Below are positions 24,600 to 37,260 of a DNA stretch of 64,000 nucleotides, in pieces. The stretch lies in NCBI RefSeq assembly GCF_002113885.1, contig NW_018408629.1, forward strand, positions 2,251,971 through 2,315,970. The letters run 5' to 3'. Source of the stretch: Mizuhopecten yessoensis. Taxonomy: Eukaryota. How positions within the stretch are numbered: the first letter of the stretch is position 1; every line of letters begins with the position of its first letter. The notes under the pieces were generated by a model. The model ran no database searches. It had not been told where the DNA came from and saw only the letters and a list, made by a program, of their open reading frames with translations. The translations under genes and the position numbers were made by a program.

Positions 24600-26225
24600 C
24601 TGCTGTAGAAGATATCTACAGTACAGGCAATATAATCAGGTACAGTGTATCTCCTATGGTAGATATCTACAGAACAGGCATTACAATCAGGTACAATGTA
24701 TCTCCTATTGTAGATATCTACAATACATGCAATACAATCAGGAACAATGTATCTCCTATGGTAGATATCTACAGCACAGGCATTACAATCAGGTACAATG
24801 TATCTCCTATGGGAGATATCTACAATACATGCAATACAATCAGGAACAATGTATCTCCTATTGTAGATATCTACTATACATGCAATACAATCAAGTACAA
24901 TGTATCTCCTATGGTAGATATCTACAATACATGCAATGCAATCAGGTACAATGTATCTCCTATGGAAGATATCTACAGTACCGGCATTACAATCAGGGAC
25001 AATGTATCTCCTATGGTAGATATCTACAGTACAGGCAATATAATCAGGTACAGTGTATCTCCTATGGTAGATATCTACAGAACAGGCATTACAATCAGGT
25101 ACAATGGATCTCCTATGGTAGATATCTACAGTACCGGCATTAAAATCAGGTACAATGTATATCCTATTGTAGATATCTACAATACATGCAATGCAATCAG
25201 GTACAATGTATCTCCTATGGTATATATCTACAGTACCGGCATTACAATCAGGGACAATGTATCTCCTATTGTAGATATCTACAGTACCGGCAATACAATC
25301 AGGTACAATGTATCTCCAATGTTAGATATCTACAGCACAGGCAATAAATCAGGTACAATGTATCTCCTATTGTAGATATCTACAGTACCGGCACTACAAT
25401 CAGGTACAATGCATCTCCTATGGTAATTGTCTACAGCTTATATAATTACAGGCAAGAAAATCAAGCACAATGTATCTCATATGGTAGATATCTACAGTAC
25501 AGGCACTACAATCAGGTACAATGTATCTCCTATGTTAGATATCTACAGTACAGGCATTACAATCAGGTACACTGTATCTCCTATGGTAGATATCTACAGT
25601 ACAGGCAATATAATCAGGTACAATGTATCTCCTATAGTAGATATCTACAGTACATTCAATTTAATCAGGTACAATGTATCTCCTATGGTAGATATCTACA
25701 GTACAGGCATTACAATCGGGTACAATGTATCTCCTATGGTAGATATCTACAGTCCAGGCATTACAATCAGGTACAATGTATCTCCAATGTTAGATATCTA
25801 CAGCACAGGCAATAAAACAGGGACAATGGATCTCCTATTGTAGATATCTACAATACATGCAATACACTCAGGTACAATGTATCTCCTATGTTGGATATCT
25901 ACAGTACAGGCATTACAATCAGGGACAATGTATCTCCTATGTTAGATATTTACAGTACCGGCAATACAATCAGGTACTCTGTACCTCCTATGGTAGATAT
26001 CTACAGTCCAGGCATTACAATCAGGTACAATATATCTCCTATGGTAGATATCTACAGCACAGGCATTACAATCAGGTACAATATATCTCCTATGGTAGAT
26101 ATCTACAGGACAGGCATTACAATCAGGTACAACGGATCTCCTATGTTAGATATCTACAATACCGGCAATACAATCAGGTACAATGTATCTCCTATGGTAG
26201 ATATCTCCAATACAGGCAATACAAT
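24600..26225. repeat. 51-bp minisatellite, ~30 copies, with an internal palindrome
   Basis: Unit acaatcaggtacaatgtatctcctatggtagatatctacagtacaggcatt containing the palindrome GTAGATATCTAC. Confidence 0.95.
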
Positions 26226-26227
26226 AC

Positions 26228-26667
26228 ATCATTTCTACTTTCTACTTTCACACGATGCTAATTTTGACGATCTTCATGTGGGTTCACCGAATCGCCAAAA
26301 TCAATTCCCATTTACATTGCTCGTAATAAGTAGACCTGTACTTCTATTATGAATATTACATAAGCATATTTCACTGTCAAGCCTGGTTATTGTCTACAGC
26401 TTATATAATTACATGCAATACAATCAGGTACAAAGTATCTCCTATGGTATTTGTCAACAGCTTACATAATTACATGCAATACAATCAAGTACAATGTATC
26501 TCCTATGGTAGACATTCATTTCTACTTTCAACGATGCTAGTTTTGACGATCTTCATGTGGGTCCGCCGAATCGCCAAAATCAATTCCCATTTACATTGCT
26601 CGTACTAATTAGACCTGTACTTCTATTAAGAATATTACATAAACATGTTTCACTGTCAAGCCTGGTA
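26228..26667. repeat. Duplicated ~150-bp array-flank block separated by minisatellite units
   Basis: 26228-26387 is similar to 26517-26667 (cgatgcta.ttttgacgatcttcatgtggg...cactgtcaagcctggt). Confidence 0.85.
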
Positions 26668-27549
26668 TTTTAGTCCATAATTAGTCACACATCAACGGAA
26701 AAAGAATTGATCGAAATTCCTTGGACAATCCAGAGCATTTACAGGCTCTTTCACACATTCATTCACATCAATGGAAATAGAACTACGGTAAAACCTGTCT
26801 AGCCCAACACCCTCTTATTTCTACTAACTCAATACATGCTTTGGATTAGACAGGGTCTCAGAATACACAGGTTTTTGTATCGCCCAAAGCAAACTTCACA
26901 TAAACGTATCGCTCCGATAGTGTCGGCATCGATATCGTCGTCCGCACTGAAGGTTTCTGGGAGGGAAGTCTAGATATCGGGATTGAAGGCTTTGTAAAAT
27001 CGCTTATTGTTTACGTATCGCTCATTGTTCAAATGAACATTAAGTAAGCATCGATTCGTCGACGCTTAATATTCGTATGTGAATATCAAGCGCTGATTTA
27101 ACATCGTTTTTAATGTTTATTTGATGACGTTGTGAGCAATGAGCGTCGAAAATGTCGATACTCTCGCAATAAACAAGCAATTATTGTTCATATTGAAATT
27201 ATTGCTCGCCTTATCAGAAAGGAATCTATTTAGTTTTAGGAAAGATATCTCAGTCGTTTCTACGATAAAGCCAAGTGACTAAGTCCCCGGAAGTCGGGAC
27301 GAACCCAATGCTAAGTCCTGGTATCCTGGATGTATTGGTATTTTCATGGCGACCCTGTGCTAATGTAAACATCATCATGTTATTGATATAAAACAAATCA
27401 TCTTGCCAAATTGTTCATTTCTGACACTCAGTTAATCATTTCGTATTTACAATGAACGTTATTGATTTTGAATGTATCGACATTCTCTTAATGCCTTTTT
27501 TTGCTATTCCTCATGCATAATAAAGTCACACGATATCACTATGTTTAAA

Positions 27550-27781
27550 GGGGCGCGGTGGCCAAGTGGTTAAGGCATCTGACATTCTGCTACCACAAGC
27601 CCTCCACCACTGTGTCGTGGGTTCGAGACCTACATGGGGTAGTCGCCAGGCACTGGCCGTAGATCGGTGTTTTTTTCTCCGGGAATTCCGGCTGTCCTCC
27701 ACCACCAAAACCTGACACGTCCTTAAATAACCACCGCTGTTGATAGGACGTTAAGCACAAATAAACCAAACCAAACCAAAC
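27550..27781 (+). mobile_element. tRNA-derived SINE, family A
   Basis: GGGGCGCGGTGGCCAAGTGGTTAAGGC, B box GGTTCGAGACC, V-domain-like tttctccgggaattccggctgtcctccacca, (CAAAC)n tail; same family as 19192-19394. Confidence 0.88.
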
Positions 27782-28039
27782 GTTATGTTAACAACATCGG
27801 ACCACTTTAAGGCATTAATTGCCCCGTAAAGTGTCACCCGGGTCTTTGCCAATAGTGACAATTTATAATGTGTAAGGTATATGTGTAAACATTGACAACT
27901 CAACACTCCAAGGATCCACACCATTGTCAGAAATAGTAAGGATGCGCTTAGTACTTTTTACGGGACAGGATAGCTTTGAAAAATCNCCCCCCCAACAGCA
28001 ACAGTATTATTGATGTAAAAGTAATACTACAGGTCATAC

Positions 28040-28569
28040 CAGTGCCTGTATTCATGAAACCATTCTCGTGCTCAAGAAATAATTCTATGATCAAACAAAT
28101 TTTCTTCTAGCTCGCTTAAAAGTCATGGTACAAAGTCAGGTGTAAACTCTGAAAACGATATTCTGCTTCAAGTCCCCCCTAAACTCTTCCAGTTTGTTGT
28201 CAAATTGTGAAATATGGAAGATTTATCACTAAATCACGAATTTGGGCTTGAGCACAAAATCTGAGTTTGAGCATTAGAACATTTTTATGAATACGGGCCT
28301 GGACTCGCATTCATGAAACCATTCTCATGCTCAATCACGGATCATGTGATAAAACGTACTGTTTTGCAACTCGCACAAATCATGTTACACGACCAAAAGG
28401 TCATGTTTAAACATTGAAATCAATATTCGGCTTAAAATATCTCCAAAATTCCTCAAATATTAAAAAAAACCCAAAAAGGCTATTCATTTATCCTCGGAAC
28501 AAGAAATTTGAATTGAGGACAGAATCTGAGTTTGAGTATGGAGAACGGTTTAATGAATATAGGCCCTGG
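28040..28569. mobile_element. Head-to-tail dimer of ~260-bp MITEs (PIF/Harbinger-like termini)
   Basis: Copy 1 gcctgtattcatgaaaccattctc...ttttatgaatacgggcc; copy 2 gactcgcattcatgaaaccattctc...ttaatgaatataggccc. Confidence 0.7.
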
Positions 28570-29789
28570 CAAGATTCGAACCCGGACCCCTAATTATTAC
28601 ACTGTCGTTTTAGCAAGTCAACATCGCTACCCTGATCCAGTCGTGCTACAGAACTGAATTAAGGAGTTTAGTTTAGTGTATGTAAGACAAACTGCAGTGG
28701 AATTCTCTAGTGTTTGACTGCAGTAGGATAATAGTCGTTAGGTTTCACAGAAGAACATGTCGTATTAACATCTTACAAGGCCTTGATTTTCATAATATTT
28801 TCTTCAAACAGGCTTACTTCAATTATCAATCACCCGTTAAAGGTCGGTTTTGACCCAGATATCAATTGCATTTTGGTCGCCAGTGGCCATCTTGTATATT
28901 GGCATCCGAGGTTGTTTTCAAGCTGTAACTGTTAACGGAATACTGTGATTGTATTGTCAGTTCCCTACTCAGGTTTGGTTTCGATTTGGATCCAACATTT
29001 AATATTGCTGCCGGCAGTCATCTTTGATTTCGGAACAGTGCAATAACAACTCTGCTACTTTGCCGATCTTAAATTAAATTTCCTACAGATACATACAATA
29101 TTGATTCCTCGATCAAGTTTGATTTTAAGTCGGAATCGAAATTCAATAACGCGTTGTTGTGCAGCGGCGGACAGATTTGTTTTCGGGTGATTTGTTTTGA
29201 AATGGTTATCGGTTTTTAATGAAATTTGCTTAGGATACAGTCTACGTTTTGTTGTCTGAATTGTGGTGCTCTGCCAAATCCACGAATATTTAATGAGGCA
29301 GCTGTGTCGTGATCAATAATACAGTAGTGAATATTTTGCTTTTTATTTCTTCATCACGGGTAGATTGCAAGCGACCGTCATTCTACCAAAGCTATCGCAG
29401 AAAACACTTCCACCTCCACGGAATTATTGAAATTGACAGTTTGTTGCTAAAGAATTGGATTTCAGTCGTATGACGGCTATTTTATGATATAGGAATAATT
29501 GAGTCGGATTAGACAGGCTGACCAAATAATTATGGTCGGATAAGACAGTTTTCGCTGTACACTAACGAATACCGTAGGTTTGAATCGCTTGAAACGAGTA
29601 TGTAATGAAAGTTTAGAATATAAATATGATTTCACCGTGTCCCTTTTAATCGGTTAAGACTCTTGTTTACTGAGTAGGATATAGATGTGCGCACTGTTCT
29701 TACCACATTTATTGAAAAAACATTGTAATTTGTTATTCTTTCAAACGTCAAATGTTACATTGCGAATAAAGAAAATTTCGAAAAATTAA

Positions 29790-29995
29790 TTGGTTTGGTT
29801 TAAATTGTTTAACGTCATATTAACAGCTCATGTCACTTACGGACCTGCCTCCATGTATGTTGTGTAAGCGTGCATGGGTTTATGTATACCGGAGACAGGG
29901 ATGTTGGGGTAATTGCCTCCTTGTGATAGCGTGGATCTGATTTCGACATTATAGTGCTATCTCACTGAAATACCATACCGAAGGCACGCAGCATA
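29790..29995 (-). mobile_element. SINE 3' fragment sharing the family A tail
   Basis: ttggtttggtttaaattgtttaacgtcatattaacagct...ttatagtgctatctcactgaaatacc; a shorter copy of the same tail lies at ~4973-5060. Confidence 0.55.
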
Positions 29996-30958
29996 GCTAG
30001 GAAATAGAAAATAGTTAAATTAGTAAGAAACATAAAGGAACCAAATATTGCAATGGGTACAGCAGATTTACGTTGGTGGCTTTGTGTCCAAGTAGTGGGC
30101 ACAAAAGCAAATCCCCAATTCTGCAGGGGGTTCCCACATAAGTCGCCTCTTACTATACATACGTACACTATAACTAAAATGCAAAAACGAGATGGAAGCA
30201 ACTCTTAGGATTGTGGGAAAATCCTACTGAATTAGAAAATTTCGCAATTAGTGTCGGCCGTGATAATCATATTTATTTATATATATCTGTATATACTTAT
30301 CAGTATTATATATATATATAATATTTGGCTGGGGGAAATAAAATATTTGAAAAAAACCCAAATCATATTTCCAATTTCAATCGGCCTTACTTATAATTTA
30401 ATTATAATTGTTTATAGATTATACACTGTACTAGCTTATAGATTAGTATTTAATTCTCACCAAGCTGACCATGCCTTAGAGCCAATGCTTCGGTTTCAGT
30501 ATATATATAAAAGGAATGGAAAAACAAGATTACATCTCTCATAGATTCCTGTCAGTGTGCGCCTTCTTAAATCAAAATCGATTCTGATGATAAATCATCA
30601 TTTTGAGTGAGTAATGTGCCGTGCGATCACCAGACCAAATGTCACAACAAATATCTGTCAAAATATATCAGGAGGGGATAAAAAAAGAAAATGAAAAGTG
30701 AGGATTCCAACACAATTTTGAATGGCGTCTGTATATACTCCGCATGCGGTTCAAATGATCAATTTTAGGTAATCTTATTTTTTTCTAAATATTTAGTATT
30801 CACAAAGTGTTCTGTGGCAAAGTGATCAGATTAAAACAAATTCCCGTATAATTAAAAAAAAAGGTATTTCAATGCTTATCCGGGTGATTGTTTCTTTTTC
30901 TGATTCCCTATATATGTGTTTTTCCAAACAAAATTTCGTCTAACCAAAGTACAAATGA

Positions 30959-31192
30959 AGGTGGCCGGGAGGCGCAGTGGATAACGCACTCGCCTTCCAC
31001 TAAGGCGGCCGGGGCCCCGGATTCCCCGAACTGACGTGGAAAGGTATGGGGTCACCTGTCCGACCACGTGGGTTTTCTCCAGTTACTGGGGGTTCCTCCC
31101 AAATTAAGACCATTCGCGTGCAAACAATCGAGCCAACAAAAGTGATTAATATTGCAATGATTTGTTTCATAATTATTGTAAAATCAATAAAA
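30959..31192 (+). mobile_element. tRNA-derived V-domain SINE, family B
   Basis: ggtggccgggaggcgcagtggataacgcactcgcc..., cacgtgggttttctcc...ttcctccca, A-rich tail; matches 41718-41954. Confidence 0.85.
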
Positions 31193-32904
31193 TTTCTATG
31201 AAATTAAGGTGAATATGATGTGTTTATCGCCGAGGCGGGTATGATTTTCTATTGTTGTTGTATTTAATTTTCACCGCAAACGAGATAACTAAGGTTATTA
31301 AAAAGTCAGAATGAAATAGAAAAAAAACCTGTATACTTTACAATGTGCTACACCGTAAAATGAGAAATAATAACTCTGCTACTGTCAATTACACCTATTT
31401 TTCCAAGTCGCGGAGTCAATCACGAGTTGAAGTAATTAATACTTGAATAATGCAAAATACATTTGACTGACAGTTGTAATCATTCAATGCGTAATTCAAA
31501 TATACGTAGATCAAAGGTTATCAGCGCAACCGCGAAATTCAGCAATCGCGAAAATGAAATGATTGACAGAATATACTGTGTAGTTAAACACCATGTTTTG
31601 TTCTTGCATAATTACGATGACGACACATTAACCGTTATATTAGGAACACACAGTTTCTAAGTGGCTACGTTCGTCTTCATTTATCGTTTGTTGTATAAAT
31701 CCAACACACTGACAGCAAAAGAATCTCCCTGTTAGGGGGGGGAGGGGCGGTAATGTGGGAAGAGATACCCTCAATTGGATTCACGTACGATTGATGGACA
31801 TATTAGTGCATGTACGCTCAACCGCACATTTCAGGGAGTAGAATTTTATAGACGATGCTTGGATGTTACCGTGAAAGGTTTTGATGAATAACAATACTGA
31901 CAAACGAACTTTGAAATTAATATACAGCTTATTTATTTAAAATTTTACGATTTTAAAGAAACCCACCTCAATTAACGCTGATGGATTAGTCGTTTAACAG
32001 AAGAATCGTTTCCGGTAAGACACTTGGGAGAGTCCACGAAGACATTATTTATCCTACTACTTCCGGAAGGCTAAATGCCAAACCCTTTATCGTTCAATGT
32101 ATTGTTCTGAGGCGAATTCGTGAGTGAAAAGATTTATGTCTCCTGTTCTAATCCAATTTCAACCGCTAAACAATATAAAGTTTAATTTGAGCTTCCAGTG
32201 TATGACATGACTACCCATTTGAAAGCGGCAGGCGCAAATAGCGGCGCCGTTTTAAATGCTCTTGAAATCAGGCCCCAACTGTTTAAAGAATACGATTAGA
32301 ATAACGAATGGTAAACGCAGATATTAAAAATTCAATTTTCTTTTTTTAAATATCTAATCAATTCAATATAATTGTGTGTTTCTTGCTTTCAAGTAACTAG
32401 TCAGAATCATTGTTTATAAAATAGTTACTTTGACTTCCGATATTTTTGAAATATACTAGATGAAAGGTGTGCATTAAGTTCTCGTTAAGCTTAAGCAACT
32501 CGGATCTGATGCTTGAAAGAAAAAGAGATGCCAACGAGAGAAAGTATAGAGGTTCATTTTTTACAGTTCCATAAAATTCAATTACAGCTCATTTAAGATT
32601 AGAAATGTTTTATTTTCTAGAAATGTTCGCCTTTTATTTACGATCCCTTCTTAATGGATTTGTTGCTTGAACAATAACTATATCTATGATAGGCAATAGC
32701 ATAAATAAATCTAGGTTCGTGATAGCATGGCGTCATTAAGAGTTTCAAGCCGATGTCGGGGAAGCAAGGAGGATGCGGCCTTGACACAATAGTTATGTCG
32801 CATTAAGCGTTAACTGCGATGAATTGAACGTTAAGAAACTTAAAGTAAAATTACTGCTATCACTTCAGAGATTGGTTCTCTTTATAAAATATTTATAATT
32901 TTTA

Positions 32905-33125
32905 TAATACTTATGAAGCAAGTTATTTCAACTTGTAATAATCACTCTTGTTGTCCCGGAAGCTAGCGCGGGGTGTGTGGGCTAAATGTGGGAGGAAGAC
33001 GGAGTACCCAGAGAAAACCCACGTGGTGGGGCAGGTGACCCCGTACCATTTCACGTCCGACCGGTGAATTGAACCAAGGCCGCCTTGGTGAAAGGCGAGG
33101 GCGTTATCCACTTCGCCATCTGGTT
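32905..33125 (-). mobile_element. tRNA-derived V-domain SINE, family B
   Basis: Reverse complement of the family B head (ggcgaagtggataacgccctcgcctttcaccaaggcggccttggttcaattc) and V domain. Confidence 0.85.
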
Positions 33126-33913
33126 CTCTTTATTGACGTCGATTCATCTCGCCTTTAAGATGTAACCTTTTATCAATTATCACCTTTCAACCTCACGTTA
33201 TAAATACGCCACATGCAGGATTGAAACGATGCGAACCCTATCTTTATTGGTCAGAACCTTGAGTTGTTAGATATTACTAACTAGGCGTCCTTTAAATGAA
33301 ACGAACCTGAAATTAAATCAAATAAAACACTTTTTGAAACCTTTCACTGCGAAATGTTTACAAACAAACTACTTGTTATTGTCATAGCAATATTTGTGAT
33401 TTTTTTTATGAAGTTGCTTCTTAAATTAAATTTCTGTTTTACTATAGAACATTACATTTTTGATATATTAACGCGACTATTTTGTCCTACAGGCGAGGGA
33501 TTACGTTTAAGGGTAAAATGGTTGAAGAAATCGTTTAATTCCTCATTGGCAAACACTTGTGTCGACTTTACCTTTTAAAGATAAATTTTAGCATTCATCA
33601 CTATTCATTAACTAATATTTTCCCTCATTCATTACTATTCATGAACTAGCAAATCATTACAATTCATTACTATTTATTTATTAGAATTATAGTGAATTCA
33701 TTTTATTCATTAATTACTTTTACTGATATTAAGTATTTTTCATGAACTAACCTTTGCTTGCATTCATTACCGTTCACTATTAGCGTTTAATAGAATTCTT
33801 TACTATTTATTAAATTTCCTTTCTTTTAAGTACAACAATATTATAAAAACGCATGTTTCTAAGTCTTTCATAAAGCACACGACTGTCATATTCTTAATGC
33901 CGAGACCAGCCTG

Positions 33914-34071
33914 TAGTCCGTCTTTGCGTATTGCAGAGTTATCTTCTCTTGTGAGCGAGTAACTTCATCAATTTTTGAGAAAACGACGCTATTTCTCACA
34001 CAAACCACTGACGTAACAATCAATACCTGTTCACAAGAGAAGATAACTCTGCAATACGCAAAGATGGAATA
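33914..34071. mobile_element. Palindromic TA-flanked MITE, internally deleted copy
   Basis: Long TIR tccgtctttgcgtattgcagagttatcttctcttgtga / tcacaagagaagataactctgcaatacgcaaagatgga. Confidence 0.88.
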
Positions 34072-36840
34072 AGCAGTCAGTGACCTCTCAAGGCCAGACA
34101 TAATGAGTCTCGTGTGCCCGTTTTTTATATTGCTGTCGCAGTAATGGGTCTTAGCCTAAATCATGACGGCAATTCCGCAGGAAAAGAAAAGTGATTGAAG
34201 AATATTTCATTTTTGATTGATGCAATTGTTGGTACAGCAACATTCAAAATTGTTAAATGGATTTTTCTCCCTGAATTTATGATAAAATCAGTAGAATTTA
34301 AGACGATTTTAAATTTAGAAAGTTTTCTATTCCATGCTTTTTCGCAACTCAATTGTCAGAAAATCCATATGTATCGGAGTATATATACAATGTAATTTGC
34401 ATGACTACGAGAAATATTACTATTATGGGATTATTGTATATAAAGTAAAAACTGTAACCGGTAAAACCTGCCTAATCCGACCACTGCTTGTTCTGACATT
34501 GTGTCATCTTCGACCTACACTTTTAATGTCGTCTACTAAATAAACGCTTTTAATGTTGAGAACCTGTCGTATCCAACAAGTTTGAGGATCCCAGAGAGAG
34601 TCGAATAAATAGGTTTCACTGAACAAATTGACCGGAAGTACGCATTGCGGAGATCACCGATACCGATTTTTGTACACGTTTAGACCTATCCGAAATCCAC
34701 ATGCTTAACGATTTATGTTCAGATTTGTATGACGCACACAAGGGCTCTATTATACAGTCATGTTAATCTTACATGTCTGCCGAGCTACGTAACCGGAAGT
34801 ATATATAAACATTAACCGAACGACGTTTTTACCGGAAGTTGAAAGATAAACACTGTGAGAGGATATCGATGAAGATTTGAGTAACTTTGAATCCATTTAT
34901 TTGCATATGAGACAAATAGTCTATGGGAAAAATACCAAAATAACGTATCGGAAATATGCAAGTATTCAGTGACGTCAACAAAATGTCGTCCTACGCCGAG
35001 TATTTTGTGCATTAACTTACTACGCAAACATAGCTCTGCTTCAACAGGCGTCATTAAGAAATAAATCTATGGACAAGTATGGAAGTTGTGTAGTCGGAAC
35101 AAAGTTTGTACTTCTCATTAATGGGTAGTGATATCGTTGGTGGTTGCAATTGAAATTAAATCTATGACATTTAATGATTTTCAGCTGAACACAATGTATA
35201 TATGTACTTAAATGTGTTCGCAGTCTTTGCTTGGTGACTACCAATACGATTTTTGAAATAGGTGCGGATTGAAAATTGGATTACGTAGACTGTTTTCGTA
35301 TATCTGTTGATTGATCACTACTGTGATTTAATAATATACTTGTTTGACTTTTTATTAATGATCTTAATATGCCTTTCTATTTTGCCAGAGGAATAATCAA
35401 GCGGTGAAACATTTTCAAATCCCGCGATATATATCTTTCCCCCTTATATACAAACATACATTCATTATATGAATTGTATCACGCCAGATAACAATTGAAT
35501 GTGTTTTCTTGTCTACCTTATTTTCTAAAAGACAACCTGACCTAGGTATCCCAAATACTTAAAATTTGATATTTTATTTTCCGCTGGCACGTGATGCCTC
35601 GTTTTATATTCACCAAAAACCCGCGCGAAACTGATTAAACGTTTTCCTGAGGATGCAGCCAGCCAGAGGTCTTTTCCTGTCTGTTTAACATGAAAACAAT
35701 TATTTACGTACATGCACGCGTATACCCTCACTCCACATGCTAGGCTCACTGATTTGCATTTGCTATACGGGTAGTTTCTGGAAATGCGGTCACGGTTAGC
35801 TGATAGGAGAATAATCTTATAACTAGTTATAGGAATTTTAGCTGAAATTCCATGCGACTTTTACCAGATCGACCTAGACCAACAACTGACGGGATAGAAT
35901 TACGTTAAGTTAAATTTAGATGATATATTTCTCGAGAAAACTCGGGACAGAAAGTCTCATTACAAGCGCTTCTGTTCTCAATTTTTTTCAATCAACCTTT
36001 CTGTCAAAAGTTTGTGTTACGACACTGATTTAAGAATGCGCTGTGCAGAAACATGAAGTGGTTAAACAGCGGAAGCCACGCAATGTAATATTGAATTTGT
36101 CAAATCTAATCAGCCTGACAAGGATATCAAAGACTTGGTCAGGCGAACGCTTCAAAAAAATAATCTTTGAAGATGTTTTTGTTTTGAGGAATGCACTATT
36201 AGCTAATCGATACAACGTCCGTGTAAATAGCTCAAAATTTCATTAAAACGTTGCGCCTGAACTAGACAAGAATTTCTTGGATAATTTGTCAAACATTGAT
36301 AAGGCGGTATAACACCATATCAGTTTTACGCCTGAAAAAAAAGAGTTTTTCTGTGAACAAGATTCCTTTACCCACAATGCATGATCACGTGACCAATGAA
36401 TTGAACAGTTTACTGTACAGCAGTGAATGATTTCCACTCGGTAAAAAAAAAGGCAAATATTTTTTAAGAAGAATATTTTGAATTAACTATTTATATCTAT
36501 TCCAAAAAAATCTAAAAATGAAATACACACGCATAGAATGAAATATCTAGCATCAAGAAAAATAGTCTCAAACTATTGCCAATATTCTTAGTGAGAAGAA
36601 TTGATAGCCTTTTGATAGCAATCGTTTCCACGGAATGGAATCATACCGAACCACATGGCTAATATATCAGTAAAAAGTGTTTAGATATCCAAATAGAAAA
36701 TGGCACTCCATTTATACCAAGTAATTTCTTGAAGATTCTGTTCTTATCTCTGTCATTCGGCTGACTTGAGTGGTTTCAGAACGTTGATCAGAAGCATGAT
36801 AAATGTTGAGGCCGTGAATCTGTTAAGACGCCACTTTTTT

Positions 36841-37260
36841 AGTATCCATACCTCATGTTGAGTAACCATACCTCATGTTTAGTATCCATACCTCATGTTT
36901 AGTACACATACCTCATGTTTAGTATCCATACCTCATGTTTAGTACACATACCTCATGTTTAGTATCCATACCTCATGTTTAGTACACATACCTCATGTTT
37001 AGTATCCATACCTCATGTTTAGTACACATACCTCATGTTTAGTATCCATACCTCATGTTTAGTACACATACCTCATGTTTAGTATCCATACCTCATGTTT
37101 AGTACACATACCTCATGTTTAGTATCCATACCTCATGTTTAGTACACATACCTCATGTTTAGTATCCATACCTCATGTTTAGTACACATACCTCATATTT
37201 AGTATCCATACCTCATGTTTAGTACACATACCTCATGTTTAGTATCCATACCTCATGTTT
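36841..37260. repeat. 20-bp minisatellite, 21 copies, alternating as a 40-bp higher-order repeat
   Basis: agtatccatacctcatgttt / agtacacatacctcatgttt alternate strictly from 36881. Confidence 0.97.

Larger units (their letters stand above)
26784..29559. mobile_element. Possible old pogo/Tc1-like DNA transposon shell carrying nested insertions
   Basis: Left end tacggtaaaacctgtctagcccaacac and right end gtcggataagacagttttcgctgta form degenerate inverted termini with TA ends; a similar short element lies at ~34459-34621. Confidence 0.35.

Noticed and set aside
24520-26608. Tyr/Gln/Cys-rich ORFs resembling adhesive or shell proteins
   Set aside because: Two overlapping frames are equally open, with frameshifting indels and stops and no signal peptide or splice structure; explained by the 51-bp minisatellite.
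34631-34840. Cluster of ETS-like ACCGGAAGT motifs suggesting a housekeeping promoter
   Set aside because: No associated exon found; adjacent to transposon fragments where such motifs are common.
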